Below are positions 1 to 14,311 of a stretch of 64,000 nt of DNA, one piece after another; positions within the stretch are counted from its first letter, which is position 1; each line of letters begins with the position of its first letter. The notes beneath the pieces were generated by a model. It did not search any database. It was not told the origin of the DNA and saw only the letters and a list, made by a program, of their open reading frames with translations. This DNA comes from the human T2T-CHM13v2.0 reference genome, Homo sapiens. The DNA is taken from assembly GCF_009914755.1 (NCBI RefSeq), contig NC_060925.1; one strand, 5' to 3'. A program made the position numbers and the translations under genes.

Positions 1-563
<563 letters not shown>

Positions 564-715
564 TAATTCTTTTTAAAAGTGTCTTGGAAAATATAAGTGT
601 ACATACTTACTGTAGTAACAGTTTCATAACTAGGAATCTCATATGGATACATTTAAGCTATTAGAGATTAAGTAAGGGTATTCATTGCAGTATTATTTCT
701 AATAATGACAAGTTA

Positions 716-1347
<632 letters not shown>

Positions 1348-1811
1348 AGCAAGTCACCAAATATTATGTATCATACATAGAAATGTGTTTAAAATTTATA
1401 CCAAACTTTTAAAATTAAATGTCAATCCTCTAAATATTTTGCTAGATTCTAGTAGGTAGGTTTAAAATTGGAGTAGAATTGCTGGTTCAATGGGTAGATT
1501 CATTTTCAATTTTAGTAGATTATGTGAAATTTTACCACTGACAAAATCTGCGTATCTATACCCCATTGGCGGTATATAAATTTTTTTTTCATGCCTTCAC
1601 AAGTACTAGTTATGTTTGTGTGTACCTGTCTACTAGAAGTTTTCCATCTTTTCACATTTGCATCTTGTCACGTTTTTAGTTTTTCCATGGCTGTATTTTC
1701 AGAGGGTGCACTTAATTTGGAATCTGCTACAAAACTTGGTTTTTATTTACTGTTTGGAAAATTCTGAAATTAGGACACTTACTACTGCTTGTTTATCCTG
1801 ATGGTCTACAG

Positions 1812-1924
1812 CTCAAATCCCAGCCTTCTATATGGACACAAGTCATTTATTCAATACCCAACATGCACGATTGGCTCCGCCATCCTTGGCTCAACAACAG
1901 GGTTTCCAACCAGGTCTCTCTCAG
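1812..1924 (+). CDS. PRRC2C: PRRC2C coding exon
   Basis: CTACAG| acceptor, (A)QIPAFYMDTSHLFNTQHARLAPPSLAQQQGFQPGLSQ, donor CAG|GTAATA; 113 nt, phase 1-0. Confidence 0.93.
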
Positions 1925-2285
1925 GTAATATCAAAGACTTCTTCCATCCTGTATTTGTTCCTTCGCATTTCTGTGGTTATAATAGTTATCTTGGAACATA
2001 AATAATAGACTCTGAAATTACAAGCTACCCACGATTAGCTTGATATTCTATAAGCAAAATTTAAAATTTTTCCCAAATTTACCAAAGCTTAATAGTAATA
2101 ATGTAGAATAAGTAGTGGGTTGAAAGGGAAATTTAGATGTTTACATTCAGTTTTGTTTTAAAATGGAGCTGATATATAGTATTAATTTTACTCTTTTCAT
2201 GTCTCAAATTTTTATATTCCAGTGTTAATGATTTATCTGTATGATGTTGATATATATGTTTACATACTTTCTCAATGCATTGCAG

Positions 2286-2422
2286 CCAACTTCAGTTCAG
2301 CAGATTCCAATCCCTATTTATGCACCACTGCAAGGGCAGCATCAAGCCCAACTGAGTTTGGGGGCTGGCCCTGCTGTTTCCCAGGCTCAGGAATTGTTCA
2401 GCTCCTCACTTCAACCATATAG
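2286..2422 (+). CDS. PRRC2C: PRRC2C coding exon
   Basis: TTGCAG| acceptor, PTSVQQIPIPIYAPLQGQHQAQLSLGAGPAVSQAQELFSSSLQPY(R), donor AG|GTAAAT; 137 nt. Confidence 0.93.
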
Positions 2423-4894
2423 GTAAATGCTTTAAAAGTTATGTTTGTAATGATGTTGAAAACATTGTAACTGCTGATCCTCCTTGCCGTAATCCATACT
2501 GTTCCTTCCCAAAAAAACCTAGGATGACTCTGCTATAAACTACATTGGCTAATTGAGCATGTTGATTATATGTCATGAACCTCAGCCTCTGGTAATTTCA
2601 ACCATATCTTATTAAAGAATGTCAGGTTTCAAACCCTCTTGAAGTAGTGAACAACAGCAACCCCAAAACTGTTAGAAATTATAGAAAGTAGCTGCTAAAG
2701 AACCTAAAAGTATGTGTGCCATCTGGCTACCAAAAACTATAAATCTGAATCTCCTCTATGTACGAGCTGAGGCATGGCAGTTAACTACATCATGTTAGGG
2801 GGTGCAGGGCAGGGTGGAATATAACAGAACAGAGAGGGGTAAATATCAAAGCATGGAAGTAATGATGATAAATATGCTGTGTAGTGAAGAAAGCATTTTT
2901 TCCAAAAATTCACTCAGATGCACTGTAAGTTACCTTTGCAACTAGGGAAATAATGAAAACTGATTTTTATTGAACTTTCCTTATATATGATAGATATTCA
3001 GCCTTTCACATACATTAACTAAATTTAGTCTTCACACAACCACCTAAGATAAGTCACCCTCATTTAACATGTGGATGTTAGGACTTGAAGAGGGTGAGGC
3101 TTTTTTTGTTTTGTTTTGTTTTAACCTGAGGTTATACATAAAGTGGCAGACCCTCAGTGTCTCTGGTTTCCAGTTTAATGAGGGAAGAAGAGTGAGTAAG
3201 AGTCAGATAGTAGGAGCAGTGCATCATGGCATAGCTGTCATCCATACTCATGATGGTGGCCTTAAATCATCATAAAGAAAAATAAGTTACATTCAGGACA
3301 CTTAGTTTAGGAAGGCTGTGCATTTGTTTTTAGGAATTTGTTTTCAGAAGTGGGTTCAGATAGAATTTCTATACTTTATAGATTAAACCTGTCATCAGTT
3401 AATACAGTATGTTTTATATTACCATAATGATACTCCTAGAGAAGCCAGGTTCAGCTAATGAAACTTTCTTAACAGAGAGCCTAGTCATTAGTAAACCTCA
3501 TAAATGTGGCTTTTATTTTTACCTTTTGATTAAAGATGCTTTAGTAAAATTTAAGACACCTGTATCATTACTTATATAGCTGTTGTAGGTCTTCCCTCCT
3601 CATTTTACTCTCATTTAATTTCGTTATTTTCTCCCGTTAGAAGCCCCAACTAGAAGCTAAAGGAAGTCTTGTATTGAATTTGGGATTATCTTGGAATTTA
3701 TATTAAAAATAAAACTTGAAAATTTCTGACACAGGAATAGCAGCTAGATTTAATCTCACAAGCCAGTCTCCTTTTAAATTGTATTGGCTGCTTGAAACAC
3801 TGTTGAAAAGTTTGCAACCGCTTTTCAGTACTGTGAAAAAGAGTACAGTGATTAATTAGTAATGTTTTCCACAGGCCGTGGGAGGTGGAGTAGCAATGTA
3901 CTATATTTGTAATCCCCATTTCACTAATTGTCTTGGAAGATATACTTTTTAAGACCAGACGTGGTCAATAGAAATAAAATGTAAGACACATATATAATTG
4001 TGGCACTTGGCTACCACATTGGAAAGTACAGGTTTAGATTTTGAAAGCAGTTATTTTATCCCTAAACATTCCTTGCTTGTTCCTTAACCTAATCAGCATA
4101 GTGTTTATTAGGGAATCTCTGAACTGGTTTCTGCAAAGACAGGATAGTTTATAGCAGTATATTCATGTTTTCTTACCTCGTGTTTGAAACATAAATTATA
4201 AGTAGGTATTGTAAAGACTGCTATGATCCTAGACTAGCATTCTTCCTTAGTGGCTTTTGTTCCTGCCACATAGGTCAGTTTTAACAAAGCAACAAAGCAT
4301 AATGTTCTTTAACCCACTACTTTTGATTTAGGTGCTTATTCTTTATCTCTGCATCTTAAAAGTGTAGACTGGAGGCATCCATCTCAGATGATAGGGAAGT
4401 CTGGGGTTAGATTCTGGCATATTGTGGTTTTGTTTTGAGGGGGTGTGTTTTGGCTTGGTTTGGTTTTGGTTTATGTTCTTGTTTGTTTGTTTGCTTGCTT
4501 AATCTTCATGGGTAACTCTGACATGAGCTACTACTGTGCTTTATTCCATGGAGATCTTGAGGCTAGGCCATTTATATTAAAAATATATGTGGGGAAGTAA
4601 TGAAATACAAATAAGAAAAGTTGGGGCTATTGGGGCTATGAATTAGAATGTTGCCAAAGAGAAAAAGAGATTTTGTTCTGAACTTTGTAGTGAACACAAA
4701 AAGAGAATTATTCTCACTGTTCAAAAGGAAAGAGCAATCCACTTCTTAGGGAGAACAGGCCTTTTCACAGAACTTTTACATGTGAAGCTTCCTTGTATAC
4801 AGGGCTTTAAATCTTGAAATAAGTTGCTTTAGACACAGTCTGTATTCTCTGCCTCTTTTCTTGATTTCTGAGCTAATTAGAGTGCATCCAAGTA

Positions 4895-6323
4895 TCAGTG
4901 ATGGGGAGACATTCTGAAGTATGCATCCTTTTTCAAACATCATAGAGTGTACCTACAGGAACCTAGGTGGCATAGCCTGCAGCTATACACCTAGGCTGTA
5001 GAGTACAGCCTATTGTGTCTAATTAGGCTATAAACCCGTGCAGCATTTTACTGTACTTAATACTGTAGGCAGTTGTAACACAGTGGTAAATATTTGTGTC
5101 TAAACATAGAAATCTAAACAATCTAAACAGAAAAGGTACAATAAAAATATAGCATACAAGATTAAAAATGGTACGTACCATGTATAGAGCACTTACCATG
5201 AATGGAGCTTGCAGGACTGGCAGTTGCTGTAGGTGAGTCAGTGAGTGAGTGGCGAGTGATATTACTGTACACTACTGTGGACTCTATACTACACTGTGGG
5301 TACACTAAATTTGTTAAAAAAAAAAAAACAAATTTTTCTTCAATAATAAATTAACCTCAACTTACTATAATTTTTTGACTCTTATAATAACATTTAGCTT
5401 ACAACACAAACACATTGTACATCTGCACAGAAGTATTTCTTTTTTTGTTTGTTTTTTTGAGACAAGGTCTGTGTCACCCAGGCTGGAGTGCAGTGGCACA
5501 TACAGCTCACTACCTCGAACTCCTGAGCTCAAGCCATTGTCCAGCCTCAGCTTCCCAAGTAGCTAGGACTACAGGCACTTGCTACCATGCCCACCTAATT
5601 TTTTATTTTTTTGTAGAGATGATGTCTTGTTCTCTTGCCCAGGCTGGTCTCAAATTCCTGGCCTCAAGCAGCCCTTTCACCTCAGCCTCCCAAAGTGCTG
5701 GGATTATGAGCATGAACACCATGTCTGGCCTTTTCTTTTGTAACGTTTTTCTGTTTTTTAATTTTTTAATTTTTTTTTAACTTTTTAAACTTTTTTGTTA
5801 AAAACTAAGATGCAAACACACACATTAGGCTAGGCCTACGCAGGGCTAGGATCATCAATATACTTTCATCTACCTCCACATCCTGTCCCACTGGGAGGTC
5901 TTCAGGGGCAGTAACACATACAGAGCTGTCATGTCCTATGATAACAATGCCTTCTTCTGGAATACCCGCTAAAGGATCTACCTGAAGCTGTTTTATAAGT
6001 TTTAAGTAAAAAGAGTACACTCTAAAATAACCAGAAAATGTATAGTAAATACATAAACTAGTAACATAATTCTTTTTATCAGTATCAGATATTATGTACT
6101 GTATGTAACTGTATGTACTGAACTGTTAGGACTGTAGGTGTAGTAGGTTTGTTTATATTTAATACTAGCACCAGCAAAAACACTTGAGTCATATGTTCTA
6201 TGATATTAGAACAGCTATGATGTCACTAGGTGATAGGAATTTTTCAGCTTCCTTATGATCTTATGGGACCATCAATATATATGTGGTCTGTTGTTGACTA
6301 AAATGTCATGCAGCACATGACTG
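4895..6323 (-). mobile_element. Tigger3/MER7-type TcMar DNA transposon relic, split by an antisense Alu at ~5436-5730
   Basis: The right end read on the minus strand is TA-CAGTCATGTGCTGCAT...GGTCCCATAAGAT, matching the Tigger3 terminus as recalled; left boundary approximate. Confidence 0.7.
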
Positions 6324-6414
6324 TATTGGGTCATTTGGGATTTGCATTCTTAAGATTTTCAGATTCCAGATGAAATTAACTTCTAACAATATTTTCTCTT
6401 TAATCCTTATGTAG

Positions 6415-6646
6415 ATCTCAGCCAGCTTTTATGCAAAGCAGTTTATCCCAGCCATCTGTGGTCCTTTCTGGTACTGCTATTCACAACTTTCCAACTGTCC
6501 AACACCAAGAACTTGCCAAGGCACAATCCGGTCTTGCCTTTCAGCAAACATCAAATACTCAGCCCATTCCTATATTGTATGAACATCAACTGGGGCAGGC
6601 ATCAGGACTAGGAGGTTCCCAGCTGATTGACACACATCTTCTCCAG
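6415..6646 (+). CDS. PRRC2C: PRRC2C coding exon
   Basis: GTAG| acceptor, SQPAFMQSSLSQPSVVLSG...LIDTHLLQ, donor CAG|GTAAGT; 232 nt, phase 2-0. Confidence 0.94.
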
Positions 6647-6877
6647 GTAAGTCAGGGGACTAGAGCAATGCACCCTCATTGTATTCCTATGCCACAGATC
6701 ATTTTAAGGAAACATTTTTAAAAGAAAACATGTTAGAAGATGCAATGAAAAAAACAAAGTCCTTTCATTTATCTAATACTAAAAATTGCTAGACATTGCT
6801 TTGAAGTCATAATCTCCACCTCTGAATTTGAAATTTTTTTCAGTCTTACTCATGTTTTCTTAAAAAATTTTTTCTAG

Positions 6878-6985
6878 GCCAGAGCAAATCTTACCCAGGC
6901 CTCAAATCTTTATTCTGGACAAGTACAACAGCCTGGTCAGACAAATTTTTATAACACTGCCCAGTCACCAAGTGCTCTCCAGCAG
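6878..6985 (+). CDS. PRRC2C: PRRC2C coding exon
   Basis: TTTCTAG| acceptor, ARANLTQASNLYSGQVQQPGQTNFYNTAQSPSALQQ, donor CAG|GTAAAC; 108 nt. Confidence 0.92.
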
Positions 6986-7239
6986 GTAAACTATGGCATG
7001 GTAAATTTCCTCAATTTTCTTTATTATTATTTTTATTGCTTTTGTTATTGTTTGGGAATTTAAATTGAACCAAGATGCAAGATGGAGGATGGTTTTTAAA
7101 CTGTTCACTGAGATGTCCTGAAGAATTCCACTGGGTCCACGTAGAAGGGGTTTCAGGCTCATGACACCCCCCTTCTCACCACCATCACCCCCTACTTCAG
7201 TCATTCCTGTTTTTTTATATCTTCCAGGTTTTTTGTTGG

Positions 7240-7535
7240 TTTAGGGGGTTTTGTTTTGTTTTTTTCTGTCACCTAGGCCAGAGTGCAGTGGTGTGATCAT
7301 GGCTCATTGCAGCCCAACCTCCCAGGCTCAAGTGATCCTTGCACCGCAGCCTCCTGTGTAGCTGGGACTACAGGCTCACGCCATTATGCCTGGCTAATTT
7401 TTCTTCGTAGTTTTTGTAGAGACAGGGTTTTGCCATGTTGCCCCAGGCTGATCTTGAACTACTGGTTTCAAGCGATCTGCCTGCCTCGGCCTTCCAAAGT
7501 GTTGGGATTACAGGCTTGAGCCACCACACCTGGCT
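7240..7535 (-). mobile_element. Alu (J-like)
   Basis: Antisense dimeric Alu. Confidence 0.85.
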
Positions 7536-8262
7536 GCTTTTTGTTTTTTGTTTTTTTTTAATTAAGGGGGAAAAAACAACTTAGGTTTCCGTGTAATTAT
7601 TTATTCTATTTTAACAAAGGATTCAATGAATATAAAACCTTGAAAACCATTGTCCAGAATATAGTTACATTAAGTGTGATACAGGTGGTTTACCCATTAG
7701 TGCTAGGGAGAAGCCTCCCAAAGACCATCTGGCAGGTTAGCTATACATACAACAGTGTGGCAGACTGTGATCGAGCATAAATGACAAACACTTTCTTAAG
7801 TGTATGAATGCAATAATAATTTTCAGTGAAAAGTATATGGTACGTTTAAAACTATCTCTAATAATTTCATTAGCTTATTCTTTAAAAGTGGTGGAGGGCT
7901 GGTGGGGGAACAAAGTCATTAGTCATTTTCTTATAACTGTTGTTGTTTGCTATTTTAGGGAGTGATAATTCATGAATATCTTATTGACATTCAGATTAAA
8001 TATAGTGTTTATGTGAAAACTGAGAGATTCTTGTTCTTCTCATAGCTCATTTTGACCAGCCTTGAAAGTATTATGTAAAATGTCTGTTTGGAAACTTGTG
8101 AATACTGCTTATATTGTGTCCTCATTTACTTTGTGATTATTTGACATGTCCTGTGGATAAATTCAAAGATAGTCCTAATTCTTTCAGTTTCTATTCTCTT
8201 CACTACAAGTAGCATTAACTAAACTATGTTGTACCTTTAATAGAAGAATGGAGATACGGTTG

Positions 8263-8970
<708 letters not shown>

Positions 8971-8973
8971 TGA

Positions 8974-9349
<376 letters not shown>

Positions 9350-9466
9350 GATGTGTTCTGTTTGAAATCTTACTCAAAAGTATTTGAAGAGTTGTGTATA
9401 GTTGTATGGATATGTCTGTAGTAAACAGAAACAAATTGCTTCAGTTTCTCTTTACTTATTTTCTAG

Positions 9467-9685
9467 GTTACAGTACCTTTACCAGCATCGCAGCTTTCCT
9501 TGCCTAATTTTGGATCTACAGGGCAACCTCTAATTGCTTTGCCTCAGACTCTTCAGCCCCCATTACAGCATACCACTCCCCAAGCACAGGCTCAGAGTCT
9601 GAGTCGTCCTGCACAAGTAAGCCAGCCTTTCAGAGGATTAATTCCTGCTGGAACACAGCATAGCATGATTGCAACCACAGGAAAA
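9467..9685 (+). CDS. PRRC2C: PRRC2C coding exon
   Basis: TTCTAG| acceptor, VTVPLPASQLSLPNFGSTGQ...MIATTGK, donor AAA|GTAAGT; 219 nt. Confidence 0.94.
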
Positions 9686-10111
9686 GTAAGTAAAGAGACA
9701 TTTGCACAGGTTATTTGAGAATTTAAGGTAGTGTGTTCAGATATATGCATCTGTGTTATCTAAAAAACTAAAATGCGTCAGTTTTTACCACCCTGCAAAA
9801 ATCTCAAACCCCAGTATATTTACATTTTATCTATTTACTTTTAATGTGTTTGGCCCCATCTAGTTTTTACCTAATAACAAAGAATTCACAAATTTATTGG
9901 AAGAATTGGATTTATAGTGTCTCTTGGGCTTATTTAATTATAAGTCTGTTTGGTCAGGTAATTCCATAATACTTGAAGCCTAACTATAGGAGTTTTGTAC
10001 TAAGGTTCTTTGCCCTTTCCTAGATTACGTCTTCACGTATAGGACATGTAAACACAGCACTTAGCTTGTGGAATTAAAGAAATGTTAAGTTTATTTTATG
10101 CTTCTCCTCAG

Positions 10112-10215
10112 ATGTCTGAAATGGAACTAAAAGCCTTTGGAAGTGGCATTGATATAAAACCAGGCACACCTCCAATCGCTGGTAGAAGCACCACACCAAC
10201 ATCTAGTCCCTTCCG
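10112..10215 (+). CDS. PRRC2C: PRRC2C coding exon
   Basis: CTCCTCAG| acceptor, MSEMELKAFGSGIDIKPGTPPIAGRSTTPTSSPF(R), donor CG|GTAAAA; 104 nt. Confidence 0.93.
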
Positions 10216-10406
10216 GTAAAATGGGCATTTAAATTTGCTTATGAAATTCCAATTTGGTCACTATTTGTTAAATACTTATCAGTCCTGTGTGACATAATCC
10301 CTTTTCCAAGCAGAAAAGGAATTATTAAGACATTCTTTTTGATAGTTTTGTCTAAAATGTTAAGCTTTTAAATTATTTAAAATGTGTTTATTGTACTATA
10401 TTTTAA

Positions 10407-10640
<234 letters not shown>

Positions 10641-10842
10641 GCCAATCTAACTGGTAACTGGTATCCTTTCTTACCTCTGCTCCTCCAATGTCTCTCTTCT
10701 ACCAGAATGTTTTGGTAATCATCATAGTAAATTTTTACCAACTACCAAGTATGATGAAAATACCAAGAACGGTGTTTGCAAAAATCTAACAGCATTATTT
10801 ACTTGGTATTACTATACTGACTAGTAATGGCTTCTTTCCAAG

Positions 10843-10969
10843 GGCTACTTCTACAAGTCCGAACAGCCAGTCCAGCAAAATGAACAGCATTGTCTACCAG
10901 AAGCAGTTCCAGTCAGCCCCTGCCACTGTGAGAATGACACAACCATTTCCTACACAGTTTGCACCCCAG
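10843..10969 (+). CDS. PRRC2C: PRRC2C coding exon
   Basis: TTTCCAAG| acceptor, ATSTSPNSQSSKMNSIVYQKQFQSAPATVRMTQPFPTQFAPQ, donor CAG|GTGGGC; 127 nt, phase 2-0. Confidence 0.92.
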
Positions 10970-11832
10970 GTGGGCAGACATAATTAAGAAATGAGTATTA
11001 TTTACTTAAAAATAGTTGCTAATCTGATAAATTATTATCTTGCCTTATGTTAACCAGTTAAGAAGTACAGTTTTTAATAAAAAATTGTTTCTGAATTTAA
11101 CAATAAATTTATTTTATAAAGATAGTCTGCGATTTATAGCCAGACATGGTAATTGTTTAGTTCTAAAGCAGACAAGAGAAATAGTTAAAAGATTCCCCAC
11201 ACAGCTCTGATAATGAGTCCTTTTCCTTTTAACTTTTTTTAAGGAGTTGACTTTTCAGCGAAGGGTCCCAGTGCTTGAAGTTTTCTAGGTTTAAAGTTGT
11301 TTTTTGTTGTTGTTAAGATATTTATGTGCAATTGAGATAAAATTTCCAAAAAGATGTTTTAATATATGTAAAAAATGTTGGCTTCTCTTCCCCTTGCTGA
11401 TCGTATAAAAGGACTAAGAACTCTCACAAACTAGAACTGGTTCCTGAGAAATTCACATTTGTTGAATTAGTATTGATTTTATTTATCTTCAGATTACATT
11501 TGTTACAGGTGTGTGCCTTTTCTGCAACTACCTTTTGAAAAGATAGCCTAATTAAAAGTCTTTCTATCCCCCCTTCAGAATTTACAACTGAGATGCTAGG
11601 ACCAACTGAAGTGCCATAGCATGCTTTGCCTAGTTTTTCTGTTAAACTCTCCAAGCATGGCCTGTTTATTCCTTGTCCTTGTTAATGGAATGGCACAATC
11701 TGTACACTTTCTTTCACTGGTAGGATGGGCACAGATTTACTCTGGGATGAGCCAACCTGGTCTAGTTGGCAGTTTTTTTTTTTTTTTTTTTTTTAACAGT
11801 TCAATGTTGTATGTTTTGTTTTTTTCACTCAG

Positions 11833-12069
11833 ATTCTCTCCCAGCCTAACCTGGTCCCTCCATTGGTAAGAGCCCCACATACTAACACCTTCCCAGCGCC
11901 TGTTCAGAGGCCACCAATGGCACTGGCCAGTCAGATGCCTCCTCCGCTGACCACAGGCCTCATGAGCCATGCTCGTTTGCCACATGTAGCCAGGGGTCCT
12001 TGTGGATCACTATCTGGAGTCAGAGGTAATCAGGCCCAGGCTGCGTTGAAGGCTGAACAAGACATGAAG
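11833..12069 (+). CDS. PRRC2C: PRRC2C symmetric (phase 0-0) 79-aa exon, probably an alternative cassette
   Basis: Long U-tract then CTCAG| acceptor, ILSQPNLVPPLVRAPHT...KAEQDMK, donor AAG|GTTAGT; 237 nt, so skipping keeps the frame. Confidence 0.88.
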
Positions 12070-14050
12070 GTTAGTACAGTGTTAACAGCCAACAGATCAA
12101 GAATCTGTCTCTGAACCATGTCTTAAAATGCCTCTGGACCCATAACTGTATATCCAGGCATTCATTGTCTTAGCAGACTTAACCAAGCTAACTACTTTTA
12201 TTCATTCCCCCTTTTTTTTCTTTTTTTTCCCCCATTCCCATTCCTTTCATCTTTTTTTTCTTTTTGTTTCTTTTTCTTTTTCTTTTTTTTTGCAACTGTA
12301 GTCAGGAAATGAATTAATGTCTTAAACTGTGGCCAAATGAATTGTTATCAAATAAATATTTGAGGGAGATCTGAGTTTAGATGCACACTTTTTTTTGGAA
12401 TAGCAAAGAAGTAATATCAATTATTATAGACTTCCCCATTTTCTTTCTTTTTTTTTTTTTTTTTAATATATATTTTCTTCCCCCCTTTCCCCTGACTCTC
12501 CTCCTCCCAGCAGCTTAAAATGTAAATCATGGTTATATGAAAACTCTGGAATGGGTAAGATGTGTTACTATCTTAGTACTTTTTTCCATTATGAGTCATC
12601 AAAGTACAGTTTTCTTCTCAAACTGTTTTCATACCCTTATTGGCCTACCACATGAGGTGGTTGTATTCCACAGTGGATTGTGCAGTTATAGATGAAGAAC
12701 TCAGAAAAGCACTTTGGGATCCTTCATGATGAAAGGCACTGATAAACATGAGGTTTGCTAATGCAGAAAGAGTGCCTTTAGGAGTCTGTGTGGGGACAGT
12801 TTTGTAGCATAAACCTTACATGTCTGCCAGTACAGCCAGTTGAATCCGTTTATTTCTATATTTACTTTAGGCTTGACTTTCAGGGATCTTAGTAATTTTT
12901 GCCTGTTTTGTCACTACATATGTCATCAGATCAGACTAGAACAAAGAAAAGCTTACTGCTTTCAAACAGGGAAATGTGCATAGTAATGCTTTACTCTGAA
13001 TTAGAAACATGTTTATGATAATCCTATTAGAAAATTTGATTGATTGATTAAAGTGTCTTTTTGGGTCGACATCCCTAGTGTTTCTGATCCTGAGTAATCA
13101 AATTTAAAGACTACCCAGCAGCAAAACTTTTATTAAATAATTATCTACTTTTATTAAGGCTGTATGCCTAGGATTTCCATCTGTTTGTTATAATTAGAAA
13201 TACCAGTGTGAGTAAAAATCTTAGGAAGTTATTTGGCCTTGGATTCCAGTTCTACTCCTGGCTCCTTGGCTCTTGATTTTCGCATATTCCCATGTTGGAA
13301 ATAACATTAGAGCTTAATAGTAGTAATGGGGTGGGAGAGGGTACAAACTTCTTGAAAATTGCTTCAGATCTTTGGATAGTACAGGTTACCTATAGAACAT
13401 AAAGCATTTTTTTAATATGCAAGAAGGATGGAAACTTAAGTTTTAATTGTGAATGTTACAGTGGTAAAATTTACAGATTTGACGTAAGTATATTTTTGGG
13501 GGCACATAGTCAAAACTAAGAAATTATTTACCAGCTCAGAATGTGGTAGGAGCTATCAGAACTTAGTGATCAAGTGAAGTCGTAGTTACTAATTTCTGAT
13601 GCTCTTCCCCTGCAGAAGAGAGCTGTGGGAAGAGGACTCAGCCACAAGACATTTGGTCCTAGGTGTTGGTAATGCCACAATATAAGTGCTTCCTTTTCAT
13701 TTTATTGTAGACCACATATTGATAACTAGAAGTTTTAAGTGTTACATGTATGTTTTTAGATTTGCAAGCAGGTTCCCTAAATAAAATTTAATATGAGAGG
13801 GCAGACCTTGAAAAGGTGGTGGGAGGTGGTCCTGTGGTTTTTTTTTTTTTTTTAAATCACATGAAATATTTCAAAAATAGGAAGAAATCTATTCATTAAA
13901 AGCTCAAAGATCAATGAGGTACTTTTGGCTTTGGCCAAACCAGTGTGGGGAAAACTGATTTGTGATTGGTAAAAGAATTTGAACCAAGATTGATTTGACA
14001 GGCTTTGGTAATGCTGCAGTATTTTCAGTTGTTCTTTCTCATTTTTTAAG

Positions 14051-14311
14051 GCAAAGCAGAGAGCAGAGGTTCTTCAGTCCACGCAACGGTTCTTCTCTGA
14101 ACAGCAACAGAGCAAACAGATAGGAGGAGGCAAAGCCCAGAAAGTGGACAGTGATTCAAGTAAACCTCCTGAAACACTGACCGACCCTCCTGGGGTCTGT
14201 CAGGAAAAAGTAGAAGAAAAGCCACCCCCTGCACCCTCCATAGCCACCAAACCTGTTAGAACTGGACCAATCAAACCTCAGGCGATCAAAACCGAAGAAA
14301 CAAAATCTTAA
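14051..14311 (+). CDS. PRRC2C: PRRC2C terminal coding exon
   Basis: TTTTTAAG| acceptor, AKQRAEVLQSTQRFFSEQQQ...IKPQAIKTEETKS, stop TAA 14309-14311. Confidence 0.95.
   Translation, partial: AKQRAEVLQSTQRFFSEQQQSKQIGGGKAQKVDSDSSKPPETLTDPPGVCQEKVEEKPPPAPSIATKPVRTGPIKPQAIKTEETKS

Noticed and set aside
11493-11508. Possible 16-nt microexon (TTCAG|ATTACATTTGTTACAG|GTGTGT)
   Set aside because: Splice-like dinucleotides are common in U-rich introns; it is frameshifting and has no further support from sequence alone
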